DNA of 64,000 nt, taken from contig OZ024747.1 in NCBI GenBank assembly GCA_964016885.1, positions 91,822,001 through 91,886,000 on the forward strand, given 5' to 3'. The position numbers and the translations under genes are program-made. This DNA comes from Eledone cirrhosa. Its lineage: Eukaryota. Position 1 is the stretch's first letter. Every line of letters begins with the position of its first letter. Below, one piece after another: positions 53,902 through 64,000 of the stretch. The notes beneath the pieces are model-generated. The model worked only from the letters and a program-made list of their open reading frames with translations. It made no database searches and was not told the DNA's origin.

Positions 53902-54130
53902 AATTATTGTGTACAGTGCTCAGGTGCACTACAACTCATCAAAGGTGCATGTATAGTACATAGAATAATGTACAAATGTCAGGAAAATAAACAGTGTATG
54001 AGTCATGATATAATAACAATAACAATAATGAAATATTGTGCACAGTGCCCAGGTGCACCACAACCCATCAAAAGAGTGCATGTACAGTACATAGGGCAAT
54101 GCACAAACATCAGTAAAATGAACAGTGCAC
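53898..54130 (-). repeat. Two tandem short retroelement 3' ends with (ATT)n-like tails
   Basis: ATGAAATTATTGTGTACAGTGCTCAGGTGCAC at 53898 and a diverged copy at 54028, each next to (AAT)n or AATAAC repeats. Confidence 0.55.
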
Positions 54131-55138
54131 ACATGTGTGCATATGTATGGAGTAGCACCATTGCTGAGACAGTATTGAAAGAAAAAAGAAAGCTGGCGCA
54201 AATAGTTATAAATACCCCTGGAATGCTCAGCCACTTGCTCTAAAATTCAGTGAGTAGTTAGTTTCATTTTTGAACAACTCATACAAAAACTTCTCCAAAC
54301 CAACATAAGATATTTTCATATTTTCATAATATAACATAAAGAATACGCAATATAATATAAAATATAAAATGCCTAAAATATAAAAAGAAGTTGATGGAAA
54401 CAACAGAAAAATATGAATTATTAAAATGTATGTATAACAGAATCTATGATAACGGAAACTTGTTCCTACGTCATTAGGCATAATTTGGCAGCTTTCATTT
54501 AGAAATATGTCCTTTTTGTTCCAAATTATATTTTATTATTATGTATTTTAAAATGTATTTTAGCCTATTACATTAAGCTAACTGTCATTTAAAACCCATT
54601 TTATATCGTCATACTATGTAAGCATAAGCATACAGTCTTCAAATGTTAGCTAATTAATTATACGTGGTATTTCAATGAGATATAAGCTTAATACGCCCAT
54701 CATTATCAACATTATCACATTTAACGCCACTATCATCACCAGCTTCCTCATTATTTATGTTGTTATAATCATCATCCTCGTAATGATCACCAAAATAATA
54801 TTAATCATCATATTCATCACATTTATCAACATCATTAACTAGGGGTTCAGTCGCCTTCTTCTTCTTCTTCTTCTTCTTCTTCTTCTTCTTCTTCTTCTTC
54901 TTCTTCTTCTTCTTCTTCTTCTTCATCTTCTTCGTCTTATTATTATTATTATTATTATTGAATGCTATGGTTGACGGAGGCTCGGCTCTGTAAGGTATTG
55001 TAAATTTTGAACGCTATAACAATTGTAAATTGTTTAAAACTTTAACCAACTTGTAGACAAAAACACCCTCCTCCTCGTGAGAGGGGTCTTTCTGCCCGTT
55101 ATTTGGCCCTTCGGGGTTAAATAACTGCTTATTGGGGT

Positions 55139-57278
55139 TTGTGCCCAATATTTATTTTAAACAAAAAAAACAACATCGCTACGAAAAAGAATTTTCATAG
55201 GTCACTCCCACTCATTCCGTCTTCTTCTTCCTCAATCGTCACTACAGCAGAGAGAAGATTGTCACTCTCCCTCCCTTCTTTAAATGTGTCTCTCTCCCTC
55301 CCTTCTCTTTCGCAAGCGACGACAGAAAAGAAAAGTCTCGTGCAAAGCGTGCAAGATTTCTCCACGACGACGACGACAACGACGAAACAGGTGTGCGGGA
55401 AATACGAAAACCCATTTCATTCGTCTGACGTCAGGAATAATAGCAGTAGCAGCCGTAATAACAACACCAACAGTGACAATGAAAATAACAGTAGCAGCCG
55501 CAACAGCATCAGCAGCAGCATAAACAACAACAGCATTAGCAGCAGCAACAACAACAACAACCACAGCAACAGCGGCGGCGGCAGTAGTCGTAGTACCTGC
55601 AGCAACAACAAAAGTAACAGCAGCTCTGACGACAACAACAACAACAACAGCAGCAAAGAAAAACCAATCTCGTTTGCAGGTATCGCGAAGAACCTGGAAA
55701 CAATCCTCATAACAAATGAGGAATTAGAGGAAGCGAAGAAGATGGTGACAAAAACTGGACACCGAGCAATCTGCAAGGCAGCGGAAACATTTTTCGAAAC
55801 CCAACAGCACTGTACGGTCACGTACCGTACAATAAGTACAAAATCCCGTAGGGTTGAAAGAGCCACAGAGGCTCAAATACAAAAAGCCTTGGGGTCTGTG
55901 TGGCAGCGGAAAAAGCACATCACCCGAGGCAAGAAGTATGCCACCGTAGACGTACTTTTTGCCACACCCCAGGAGGCAAAGGCTCAATCCGTAGTGACCC
56001 TAAGGAGCGAGGAAATGGTGTTGGTGCCCTCCTACTGCGGGCAAAAAATTGCGAGGGTCAAACAGACCCCCCCCCCCCCCGCTCCCCGGGATGGCCCCTT
56101 CTTGGCTGGCCGCGTCTGTCCTCGTCGGAATCGAGGACAAAACAACTGTACTGCAAGTACAGACAAAAGTAAGAGAAGATTGGGTGGGCACCTCCGTTGA
56201 GATGTTAATCCAAACCAACCAGGAGTACATCGAAGCTATCCCGGATGTGATAGACTTCGATAACGGCACTCAACTGCCCATATGTGTTGAGGGCAAACGC
56301 CCGAAATGCTTTCGCTGTGGATCGAAGACTCCCCTCAGGGCCTTCTGCAACGAGAAGACCCTGAGAAAGGAGAAAACCCCCCTCCTTCCGAAACCGGCTC
56401 CACGGCTACCAGCAACAGGACAAGCGGCAACCAGGAATGATAGGTCCGTGGCATCCATACCCACGCCACGGAAATCCATAACAGCAGCAGCAGTGGAAGT
56501 ATTAACAACAACAACAGCAATACCAAATGCAGCTGCAAGAGAGACTCCAGTGCAAACATCACCAACAACAACAAGTGAAAGAGTGGAGCTGGTACCCCTC
56601 CCCGACCTCAAAGAATCAGACATGGAGTGTGAGGTGGGAGAGGGATGGCAAAAGGTCGTAAGAAGGCACAAACGCAGAAGCAGCGCATCGTCGCCTTTGA
56701 AAAGGGAGGAAAGAAATGAATAAAGGGTAAAGGCTACTGCAAAGAGACTCACAGCAGCAACACCATCACCACCCACACTAGCACCACCATCACCACCGGT
56801 GACAACCCCACCGCCAACAACACCTTCAACACCACCACCACAAGCACCAACATCGCAAACACAACAACAAAACACACACACCCAGCAACAACGACAAGAA
56901 AATAGCAGAACCACACCCCACCCCCAGAAAAACAAATGCACGGTAATAAATACACACAACAAGAAACTAATGACTTACATAATTGAACACACAGACATTT
57001 CACAACACGACTACATAATACCAGCACCAATCAAAACGCCAACTAACATAAGACTGCTAAAAATAGCACAGAAACAATACACAAACATTAAAACGAAATT
57101 CCCCAACGCAGTTGGTGATTTTAGAGACGTAGGAGGAACTATCAACCGAAGAGTATATTCGGACATACTCATAGAAGAGCCGACGACCAGCCGAAGGGAC
57201 GATTCAACGGTCCCTTCACCAGAAGATCAAGTGAAAAGGGATGGAAAAACCATCCCTCCTCTACGAAAAGTACGGTAA
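55139..57278 (+). pseudogene. LINE ORF1 (copy 1), disrupted
   Basis: Near-identical to 60745-62757 but frameshifted at poly-C (~56067-56080), stop at 56721, and knuckle His changed to Pro (CFRCGSKTPLRAFC). Confidence 0.9.
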
Positions 57279-57313
57279 GTGGTCTTTCCCATCTTTTCCA
57301 CTCTATTTTAAAC

Positions 57314-60172
57314 ATGACCTCACTCAGAATAGGCAGCATAAATGCGCGTGGCTTGGGGTCGTCATGGAAGCAGGGTCACCTGCTCAACGACCTCAGGTCA
57401 CTAAACATAGATGTAGTGGACATCAGCGAGACCAGAATCTCCGAAGCACGGGCCTTCGCACCGATCTTCGGCGGCTACGATGTGTACGCATTTCCCAGCC
57501 GTCCTGGATCGGGGGGAAGAGTTGCTGTGCTTTTTCGGAGAGGTTTGGATCTCGCCATACGGGCCATCTTCCTGGACCCAGAGGGTAAGTTGGTGGTTCT
57601 GGACGTGACCAGCGGAGACGGGCAAGCTTTCAGGCTAGTGGCCGTCTATGCCCCGACAGGAGCAGGGCGGCCTGATTTCTTCCGGCGTCTGGAGACCTTT
57701 CTTGGAACGTCCCGCTCTTTAGTGTTAGTGGGCGACTGGAACCGGATCTTAGATACACCCTGGGACTGTGTGGGATTAGCGGATAGTGGTGGAGGGTGTA
57801 AGAGCCTCACCAACCTGCACAGGCGTTTTGAACTGTCTGACAGGTACCGATTGGATTTCCCCAATGTGCCAATGTGGACTTGGACAAATCGTATAGGGTC
57901 ATCCAGATCATATCTATATAGAGTATTTTGTAGGGAAATAGATAGGTCTAGCATAGGCTGTCCACAATGGACTCGAGGGATGGACTTTAGCCGGCTCGAG
58001 GGATGGACTTTAGTGTCTACCTTGACGGACTGCCGCGGCTCTCGGCCACTGAGGCGAAGTGTTGCAAAAAGCCGATAACAACCGCTGAAGTACGGGAGGC
58101 AATGACTGGCTGCACAAGGGGTAAATCGCCTGGTTTGGATGGTCTGCCCTATGAACTTTACGTACAGATGCCAGACTTGTTCGGAGGCCTCTTGGCGGAC
58201 GTCTACTGCAACTGGCAACAGACCAGGAGAATTCCCAGTTCTGTGAGCCGAGGAGCGGTGACACTGCTGAGAAAGGATCCGAACAAGGGGGATAACATAG
58301 ATAATTTCCGGCACATAACTCTGCTAAACACAGATTTCAAGATTTTGGCCAAGGTGCTAGCAAAGAGGTTGGCGCTTGTCGTTGGTGGTCTGGTGGGAGA
58401 GGCGCAGACATGCGCCATTCCCGACAGATCCATCCACGACAACCTCCACCTCATGCGATACATCGTAGAGAGGGTAGCTAGGGAACCTGGCACGGGTGGG
58501 TCCTTGATCAATTTAGATCAGTCGAAAGCTTTCGATAGGGTCGACCATCGTTACCTAGCGGCAGTCCTGAGGGCGGCTGGCTTTGGGCCCGTCTTCAGAG
58601 GCTGGATCGCTGCCATGCACAGCGACATCTGCTCTGTGGTGAGAGTGAACGGTCACCTGTCGGAACCGTTCAACATCATGCGCTCGGTCCGCCAAGGATG
58701 TCCTCTCTCGTCCCTCTTGTACGTATTGACTCTCGAGCCATTACTGCACAAACTGGAGACGTTGAGGGGCATCCCGCGCGAACTAGGATGCGGAAGATCC
58801 GTGTCAGCATATGCGGACGATGTCACCGTAGTGGTGTCGAACGCCAAACACATCGAGGCGATCGGCACTACACTAAGAGAATACGAAGCGGTGACAGGAG
58901 CAATGATCAACCAGGAAAAGTCAGTGGGCCTGCAGCTCGGCACCTGGAGAGGCAGGTCCATGCCGTCCAACAGCGTCGTCGGACGCTGGACGGACGGACC
59001 GGTTAAATTGCTAGGGTCTGGTTCGGTCCGGACCTCCAGACGGACAAAAACTGGGACGAGGTGACGAGCAGGGTGGCTTCTCTCACCCAGAAATGGGCGG
59101 AGAGGAAGCTATCCCTGAAAGGTCGAGCGGAGGTGGCTAACGCGTACATCGCGTCTGTCATCTGTTACCGCCTGTCCGTCGTACCTTGTCCTAAGCCTCG
59201 CCTGACTGCGCTGGAGCGTTTGCTGTTTCGCTTTTTGTGGAAGGGACGCGCTCTGATGGTCAGGGGGTCCATCTGTTGTCAACACCCGCTACGTGGAGGG
59301 CTGGGCATGCCGTGGCTGATGATGCGCAGGCACGCGCTCAGGCTACGACATCCCCACCTCTTCCTCGACGGTGATCAGGTGTGGTCGCCGTTTGCTAGAC
59401 ACGTATTTCCCCAGCTCGTTTCCTTGACGGAGCTGCAGTCCTGGGTCAAGCGAAGACCGAGAGGGAGCGCCTGGAGACTGGAATGTCTTCAGGCGCTCAC
59501 AGCCCTCGACCAATCGGGCAATGTGATCGGTGGAAACTCCACCTCGGCGTTCTATAGAGGATTAGTGGAGGGGAAGAGCGACGACGTACTTGGGCAAACT
59601 CTAGGCGTCGACGAAAAATCAACTAGCCAATCTCTTCGGAAGAACTTTCGGGCCGGGGCCTATTGACAACTTCCAGAAATCTCTGGCCTGGCCTACCGAG
59701 GAGCCTTGCCAGTTCGGGATAAACTCTACAGGCATGGAGGTGCCGTCAGCCTGGCATGTCCGAGATGCGCGCAGGGCGACGAAACCGTCCTGCACGCACT
59801 CGTCCAGTGTCCGAAATTGCTGACTTGTGGGTTTATGTCGAACACCTGCTGTCGCGTTTAGGACGGATCCGGCTATCATCTGAGTCCATCGTGAGGATTG
59901 CACCGCCCTCCTCCTTTAGCCGGGAAGGGCAGGCAGTTTTTATCTGTCTGGTGGCCATGGCGAAAGAGATAGTATGGTGGACACGTTTGAAAGGGCTGAA
60001 GACGAGCACTTACCTCTTCGGTGATGCTCTGATTGACTTTTTCAAATTTCATTTGAAAAGGAAAATCAGAGTAGAGAGGGAAGTGCTCTCTTCCCAGCAT
60101 TTTGTTGAAAGATGGGTGAGAGAAGCAAGAATGGCCCGAGTGAATGGGCCTACTCTGAGTATATATCTGTAA
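57314..60172 (+). pseudogene. LINE ORF2 (copy 1): APE endonuclease + RT + C-terminal CCHC, with internal deletion and frameshifts
   Basis: INARGL, ISET, VYAP, GDWN; KSPGLDG, DQSKAFDRVDH, VRQGCPLS, AYADDV, GGLGMP, CPRC..ETVLHALVQC; split over ORFs 57314, 58003, 59061 and 59756. Confidence 0.95.
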
Positions 60173-60744
60173 ATTAAAGGTGGAAAACTGGGAGAGGGCA
60201 CTTGCCTTGGTGGTCAGGGTCATTGTGGCTTTTTACTGGGCTTTCTCCACAAATGTCCATCCGAAGTCTCCCCCCTATTGGGGAATTTTTCATTGTTATT
60301 TTTGTTACATCCTCTGTTTTTGTTTTTTACACGCAGAAATGCCCATTTGTACCGTCCTGCATTGTCCTGCACTGTCCTTAATGTCTACTTTATGTAAACC
60401 CTTGTGGTTAATAAAGAAATCATTATTATTATTATTATTATTGAATGCCATGGTTGACGGAGGCTCGGCTCTGTAAGGTATAGTAATTTTTAACCGTTAA
60501 AACAATTGTAAATTGTTTAAAACTTGAACCAAATTGTTGATAAAGACACCCTCCTCCTCGTGAGAGGGGTCTTTCTGTCCGTTATTTGGCCCTTCGGGGT
60601 TAAATAGCCAGTTATTGGGGTTTTGTACCCAAAATTTCATTTTAAACAAAAAAACATGGCTACCAAAAAAAAAAAAAATTTCACACGTCACTCCCACTCA
60701 TTCCGTCTTCTTCTTCCTCAATCATCACTACAGGAGAGAGAAGA

Positions 60745-62757
60745 TTGTCTCTCTCCCTCCCTTCTTTAAATGTGTCTCTCTCCCTACCTTCTCTTTCGCA
60801 AGCGACGAAAGAAAAGAAAAGTCTCGTGCAAAGCGTGCAAGGTTTCTCCACGACGACGACGACAGCGACGAAACAGGTGTGCGGGAAATACGAAAACCCA
60901 GTTCATTCGTCTGACGTCAGGAATAATAGCAGTAGCAGCCGTAATAACAACAGCAACAGTGACAATGAAAACAACAGTAGCAGCCGCAACAGCATCACCA
61001 GCAGCATAAACAACAACAGCATTAGCAGCAGCAACACCAACAACAACCACAGCAACAGCGGCGGAGGCAGTAGTCGTAGTACCTGCAGCAACAACAAAAG
61101 TACCAGCAGCTCTGACGACAACAACAACAGCAGAGAAAAACCAATCTCATTTGCAGGTATTGCGAAAAACCTGGAAACAATCCTCATAACAAATGAGGAA
61201 TTAGAGGAAGCGAAGAAGATGGTGACAAAGAACGGACACCGAGCAATCTGCAAGGCAGCGAAAAATTTTTTCGAAACCCAAGAGCACTGTACGGTCACGT
61301 ACCGTACAGTAAGTACAAAATCCCGTAGGGTGGAAAGAGCCACAGAGGCCCAAATACAAAAAGCCTTGGGGTCTGTGTGGCAGAGGAAAACGCACATCAC
61401 CCGAGGCAAAAAATACGCCACCGTAGACGTACTTTTTGCCACACCCCAGGAGGCAAAGGCCCAATCAGTAGTGACCCTAAGGAGCGAGGAAATGGTGTTG
61501 GTGCCCTCCTACTGCGGGCAAAAAATTGTGAGGGTCAAACTGACCCACGTCCCCCCCGGAATGACCCCTTCTTGGCTGGCCGCGTCTGTCCTCGTCGGAA
61601 TCGAGGACAAAACAACTGTACTGCAAGTACAGAAAAAAGTAAGAGAAGATTGGGTCGGCTCCTCCATTGAGATGCTAATCCAAACCAACCAGGAGTGCAT
61701 CGAAGCTATCCCGGATGTGATAGACTTCGATAACGGCACTCAACTGCCCATAAGTGTTGAGGGCAAACGCCCGAAATGCTTTCGCTGTGGATCGAAGACT
61801 CACCTCAGGGCCTTCTGCAACGAGAAGACCCTGAGAAAGGAGAAAACCCCCCTCCTCCCGAATCCGGTTCCACGGCTACCAGCAACAGGACAAGCGGCAA
61901 CCAGGAACGATAGGTCCGTGGCACCCATACCCACTCCACGGAAATCAAAGACAGCAGCAGCAGTGGAAATATTAACAACAACAACAGCAATACCAAATGC
62001 AGCTGCAACAGAGACTCCAGTGCAAACATCACCAACAACAACAAGTGAAAGAGTGGAGCTGGTACCCCTCCCCGACCTTACAGAATCAGACATGGAGTGT
62101 GAGGTGGGAGAGGGATGGCAAAAGGTCTCAAGAAGGCACAAACGCAGAAGCAGCGCATCGTCGCCTTTGAAAAGGGAGGAAAGAAATGAGAAAAGGGTAA
62201 AGTCTACTGCAAAGAGACCCACAGCAGCAACACCACCAACACCATCACCACCCACACCAGCACCACCATCACCACCGGCGACAACCCCACCGCCAACAAC
62301 ACCTTCAACACCACCACCACAAGCACCAACATCGCAAACACAACAACAAAACACACACACCCAGCAACAACGACAAGAAAATAGCAGAACCACACCCCAC
62401 CCCCAGAAAAACAAATGCACGGCAATAAACACACACAACAAGAAACTAATGACTTACATAATTGAACACACAGACATTTCACAACAGGACTACATAATAC
62501 CAGCACCAATCAAAACGCCAACTAACATAAGACTGCTAAAAATAGCACAGAAACAATACACAAACATTAAAACGAAATTCCCCAACGCAGTTGGTGATTT
62601 CAGGGACCTAGGAGGAACCATTAATCGAAGAGTATATTCAGACATTCTCTTAGAAGAGCCGACGACCAGCCGAAGGGACGATTCAACGGTCCCTTCACCA
62701 GACGATCAAGTGAAAAGGGATGTAAAAACCATCCCTCCTCTACCAAAAATACGGTAA
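60745..62757 (+). CDS. LINE ORF1 protein (CCHC zinc knuckle, Ser/Asn- and Pro/Thr-rich linkers); start codon uncertain
   Basis: 670-codon open frame with KPISFAGIAK, CFRCGSKTHLRAFC and GWQKV..RHKRR; first in-frame ATG only at 61219. Confidence 0.85.
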   Translation: MSLSLPSLNVSLSLPSLSQATKEKKSLVQSVQGFSTTTTTATKQVCGKYENPVHSSDVRNNSSSSRNNNSNSDNENNSSSRNSITSSINNNSISSSNTNNNHSNSGGGSSRSTCSNNKSTSSSDDNNNSREKPISFAGIAKNLETILITNEELEEAKKMVTKNGHRAICKAAKNFFETQEHCTVTYRTVSTKSRRVERATEAQIQKALGSVWQRKTHITRGKKYATVDVLFATPQEAKAQSVVTLRSEEMVLVPSYCGQKIVRVKLTHVPPGMTPSWLAASVLVGIEDKTTVLQVQKKVREDWVGSSIEMLIQTNQECIEAIPDVIDFDNGTQLPISVEGKRPKCFRCGSKTHLRAFCNEKTLRKEKTPLLPNPVPRLPATGQAATRNDRSVAPIPTPRKSKTAAAVEILTTTTAIPNAAATETPVQTSPTTTSERVELVPLPDLTESDMECEVGEGWQKVSRRHKRRSSASSPLKREERNEKRVKSTAKRPTAATPPTPSPPTPAPPSPPATTPPPTTPSTPPPQAPTSQTQQQNTHTQQQRQENSRTTPHPQKNKCTAINTHNKKLMTYIIEHTDISQQDYIIPAPIKTPTNIRLLKIAQKQYTNIKTKFPNAVGDFRDLGGTINRRVYSDILLEEPTTSRRDDSTVPSPDDQVKRDVKTIPPLPKIR

Positions 62758-62792
62758 GTGGTCTTTCCCATCTTTTCCACTCTATTTTAAAC

Positions 62793-64000
62793 ATGACCTC
62801 ACTCAGAATAGGCAGCATAAATGCGCGTGGCTTGGGGTCGTCATGGAAGCAGGGTCACCTGCTCAACGACCTCAGGTCACTAAACATAGATGTAGTGGCC
62901 ATCAGCGAGACCAGAATCTCCGAAGCACGGGCCTTCGCACCGATCTTCGGCGGCTGCGATGTGTACGCATCTCCCAGCCGTCCTGGATCGGGTGGAGGAG
63001 TTGCTGTGCTTTTTCGGAGAGGTTTGGATCTCGCCATACGGGCCATCTTCCTGGACCCAGAGGGTAAGCTGGTGGTGCTGGACGTGACCAGCGGAGACGG
63101 GCAAGCTTTCAGGCTAGTGGCCGTCTATGCCCCGACAGGAGCAGGGCGGCCTGATTTCTTCCGGCGTCTGGAGACCTTTCTTGGAACGTCGCGCTCTTTA
63201 GTGTTAGTGGGCGACTGGAACGGGATCTTAGATGCACGCTGGGACTGTGTGGGATTAGCGGATAGGGGTGGAGGGTGCAAGAGCCTCACCAACCTGCTCA
63301 GGCGTTTTGAACTGTCTGACAGGTACCGATTGGATTTCCCGAATGTGCCAATGTGGACTTGGACAAACCGCATAGGGTCATCCAGATCATATCTAGATAG
63401 AGTATTTTGTAGGGAAATAGATAGGTCTAGCATAGGCTGTCCACAATTCAAGATAGTCAGCTACACGGACCACAAATTCGTGATCTGTGTGCTTGACTTA
63501 GATAGGCTTCATAGACGAGGACCCGGCTACTGGAAGCTAAACGCGTCCTTACCAGCGCGCAAGGCCTACAGAGACCGGATTAGCGAACTAGTTAAGCGGG
63601 CGTTGACGGGGGCCATCGTCAACAACAAGTGGTGGTTTGCTCTGAAAAGAGCGATTAGAATAGAATCGATTAGGTTTAGTAAGGCTTTAGCAATAGAGAA
63701 AAATAGAGCAGAGGGAGAACTAGTTAGAAAATTAGACGAGGCGCTTAGCAAAGGCATTGCGACCGACGTGCTTGCGGCGAAATTGGCCCTTGACCAATTC
63801 TTCAATGCAAAGCACGAAGGCTGCGTTGTCAGAGCTAGGGTGCGTGCTCTCAGACACGAGGGGACGAAAGCCGTTCAATGGGCCCGAGTGGCGGAGGCGC
63901 GTCGTGGCAACAAAGCCACGATCCGGTCTTTGGTGGACCACGACGGGCGCATGCTACTCGATCCCGGGCAAATGTGTGAAGCTTTTCAGCGACACTTCGC
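62793..64000 (+). CDS. LINE ORF2 N-terminus (APE endonuclease + linker), open to the window end
   Basis: ATG 62793; INARGL, ISET, VYAP, GDWNG, SYLDR, TDHK, GPGYWKLN all intact; no stop seen. Confidence 0.92.
   Translation, partial: MTSLRIGSINARGLGSSWKQGHLLNDLRSLNIDVVAISETRISEARAFAPIFGGCDVYASPSRPGSGGGVAVLFRRGLDLAIRAIFLDPEGKLVVLDVTSGDGQAFRLVAVYAPTGAGRPDFFRRLETFLGTSRSLVLVGDWNGILDARWDCVGLADRGGGCKSLTNLLRRFELSDRYRLDFPNVPMWTWTNRIGSSRSYLDRVFCREIDRSSIGCPQFKIVSYTDHKFVICVLDLDRLHRRGPGYWKLNASLPARKAYRDRISELVKRALTGAIVNNKWWFALKRAIRIESIRFSKALAIEKNRAEGELVRKLDEALSKGIATDVLAAKLALDQFFNAKHEGCVVRARVRALRHEGTKAVQWARVAEARRGNKATIRSLVDHDGRMLLDPGQMCEAFQRHF

Larger units (their letters stand above)
54960..60442 (+). mobile_element. 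Tx1/L1-clade LINE copy 1, 5'-complete but disabled
   Basis: ORF1 + ORF2 (APE-RT-CCHC), AATAAA followed by GAAATC(ATT)n; preceded by (TTC)n-(TTA)n. Confidence 0.93.
60443..64000 (+). mobile_element. Tx1/L1-clade LINE copy 2, apparently intact up to the window edge
   Basis: Starts at the same nucleotide as copy 1 (GAATGC.ATGGTTGACGG) directly after the (ATT)n tail of copy 1. Confidence 0.93.

Noticed and set aside
55061-55095. HDV-like ribozyme in the Tx1 leader (CTCCTCGTG resembles the R2 L3 loop)
   Set aside because: I could not build P1, P2 or P3 around it; a simple GNRA hairpin explains the sequence.

Overview
AT-rich, microsatellite-dense eukaryotic DNA in which I could not recognise any host protein-coding exon. 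The repeat content (tRNA-derived SINE with an 'ACTGGTACTTTATTTTATCGACCCC...AAAGGCAAAGTTAACCTCGGCGGGATTTGAACTCAG' body, plus (TA)n, (CA)n, (GAA)n and (TAC)n tracts) looks like an octopod cephalopod genome; this is inference from repeat style, not a database match. Retroelements: two 5'-truncated Penelope-like elements (PLEs, GIY-YIG), PLE pseudo-LTR derivatives carrying minimal type I hammerhead ribozymes, CRE-clade RLE LINE 3' ends, RTE LINE fragments, a Mag-type gypsy gag remnant, and a head-to-tail pair of Tx1/L1-clade LINEs joined by (ATT)n, the second with open ORFs up to the window edge. DNA elements: a deleted mariner, hAT and Tc1-type MITEs, and a non-autonomous Helitron that keeps a spliced STPR-repeat mini-ORF. 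The most interesting signal is a non-coding 468-bp tandem monomer carrying a canonical hammerhead, arranged head-to-head at 20457-21928, which looks like a retrozyme or non-autonomous PLE able to make a 468-nt circular RNA. A Gly/Cys-rich low-complexity ORF region (40428-42410) may be a structural-protein exon or pseudogene, or just a GGT-derived repeat. Almost all other ORF-track entries are microsatellite artefacts.
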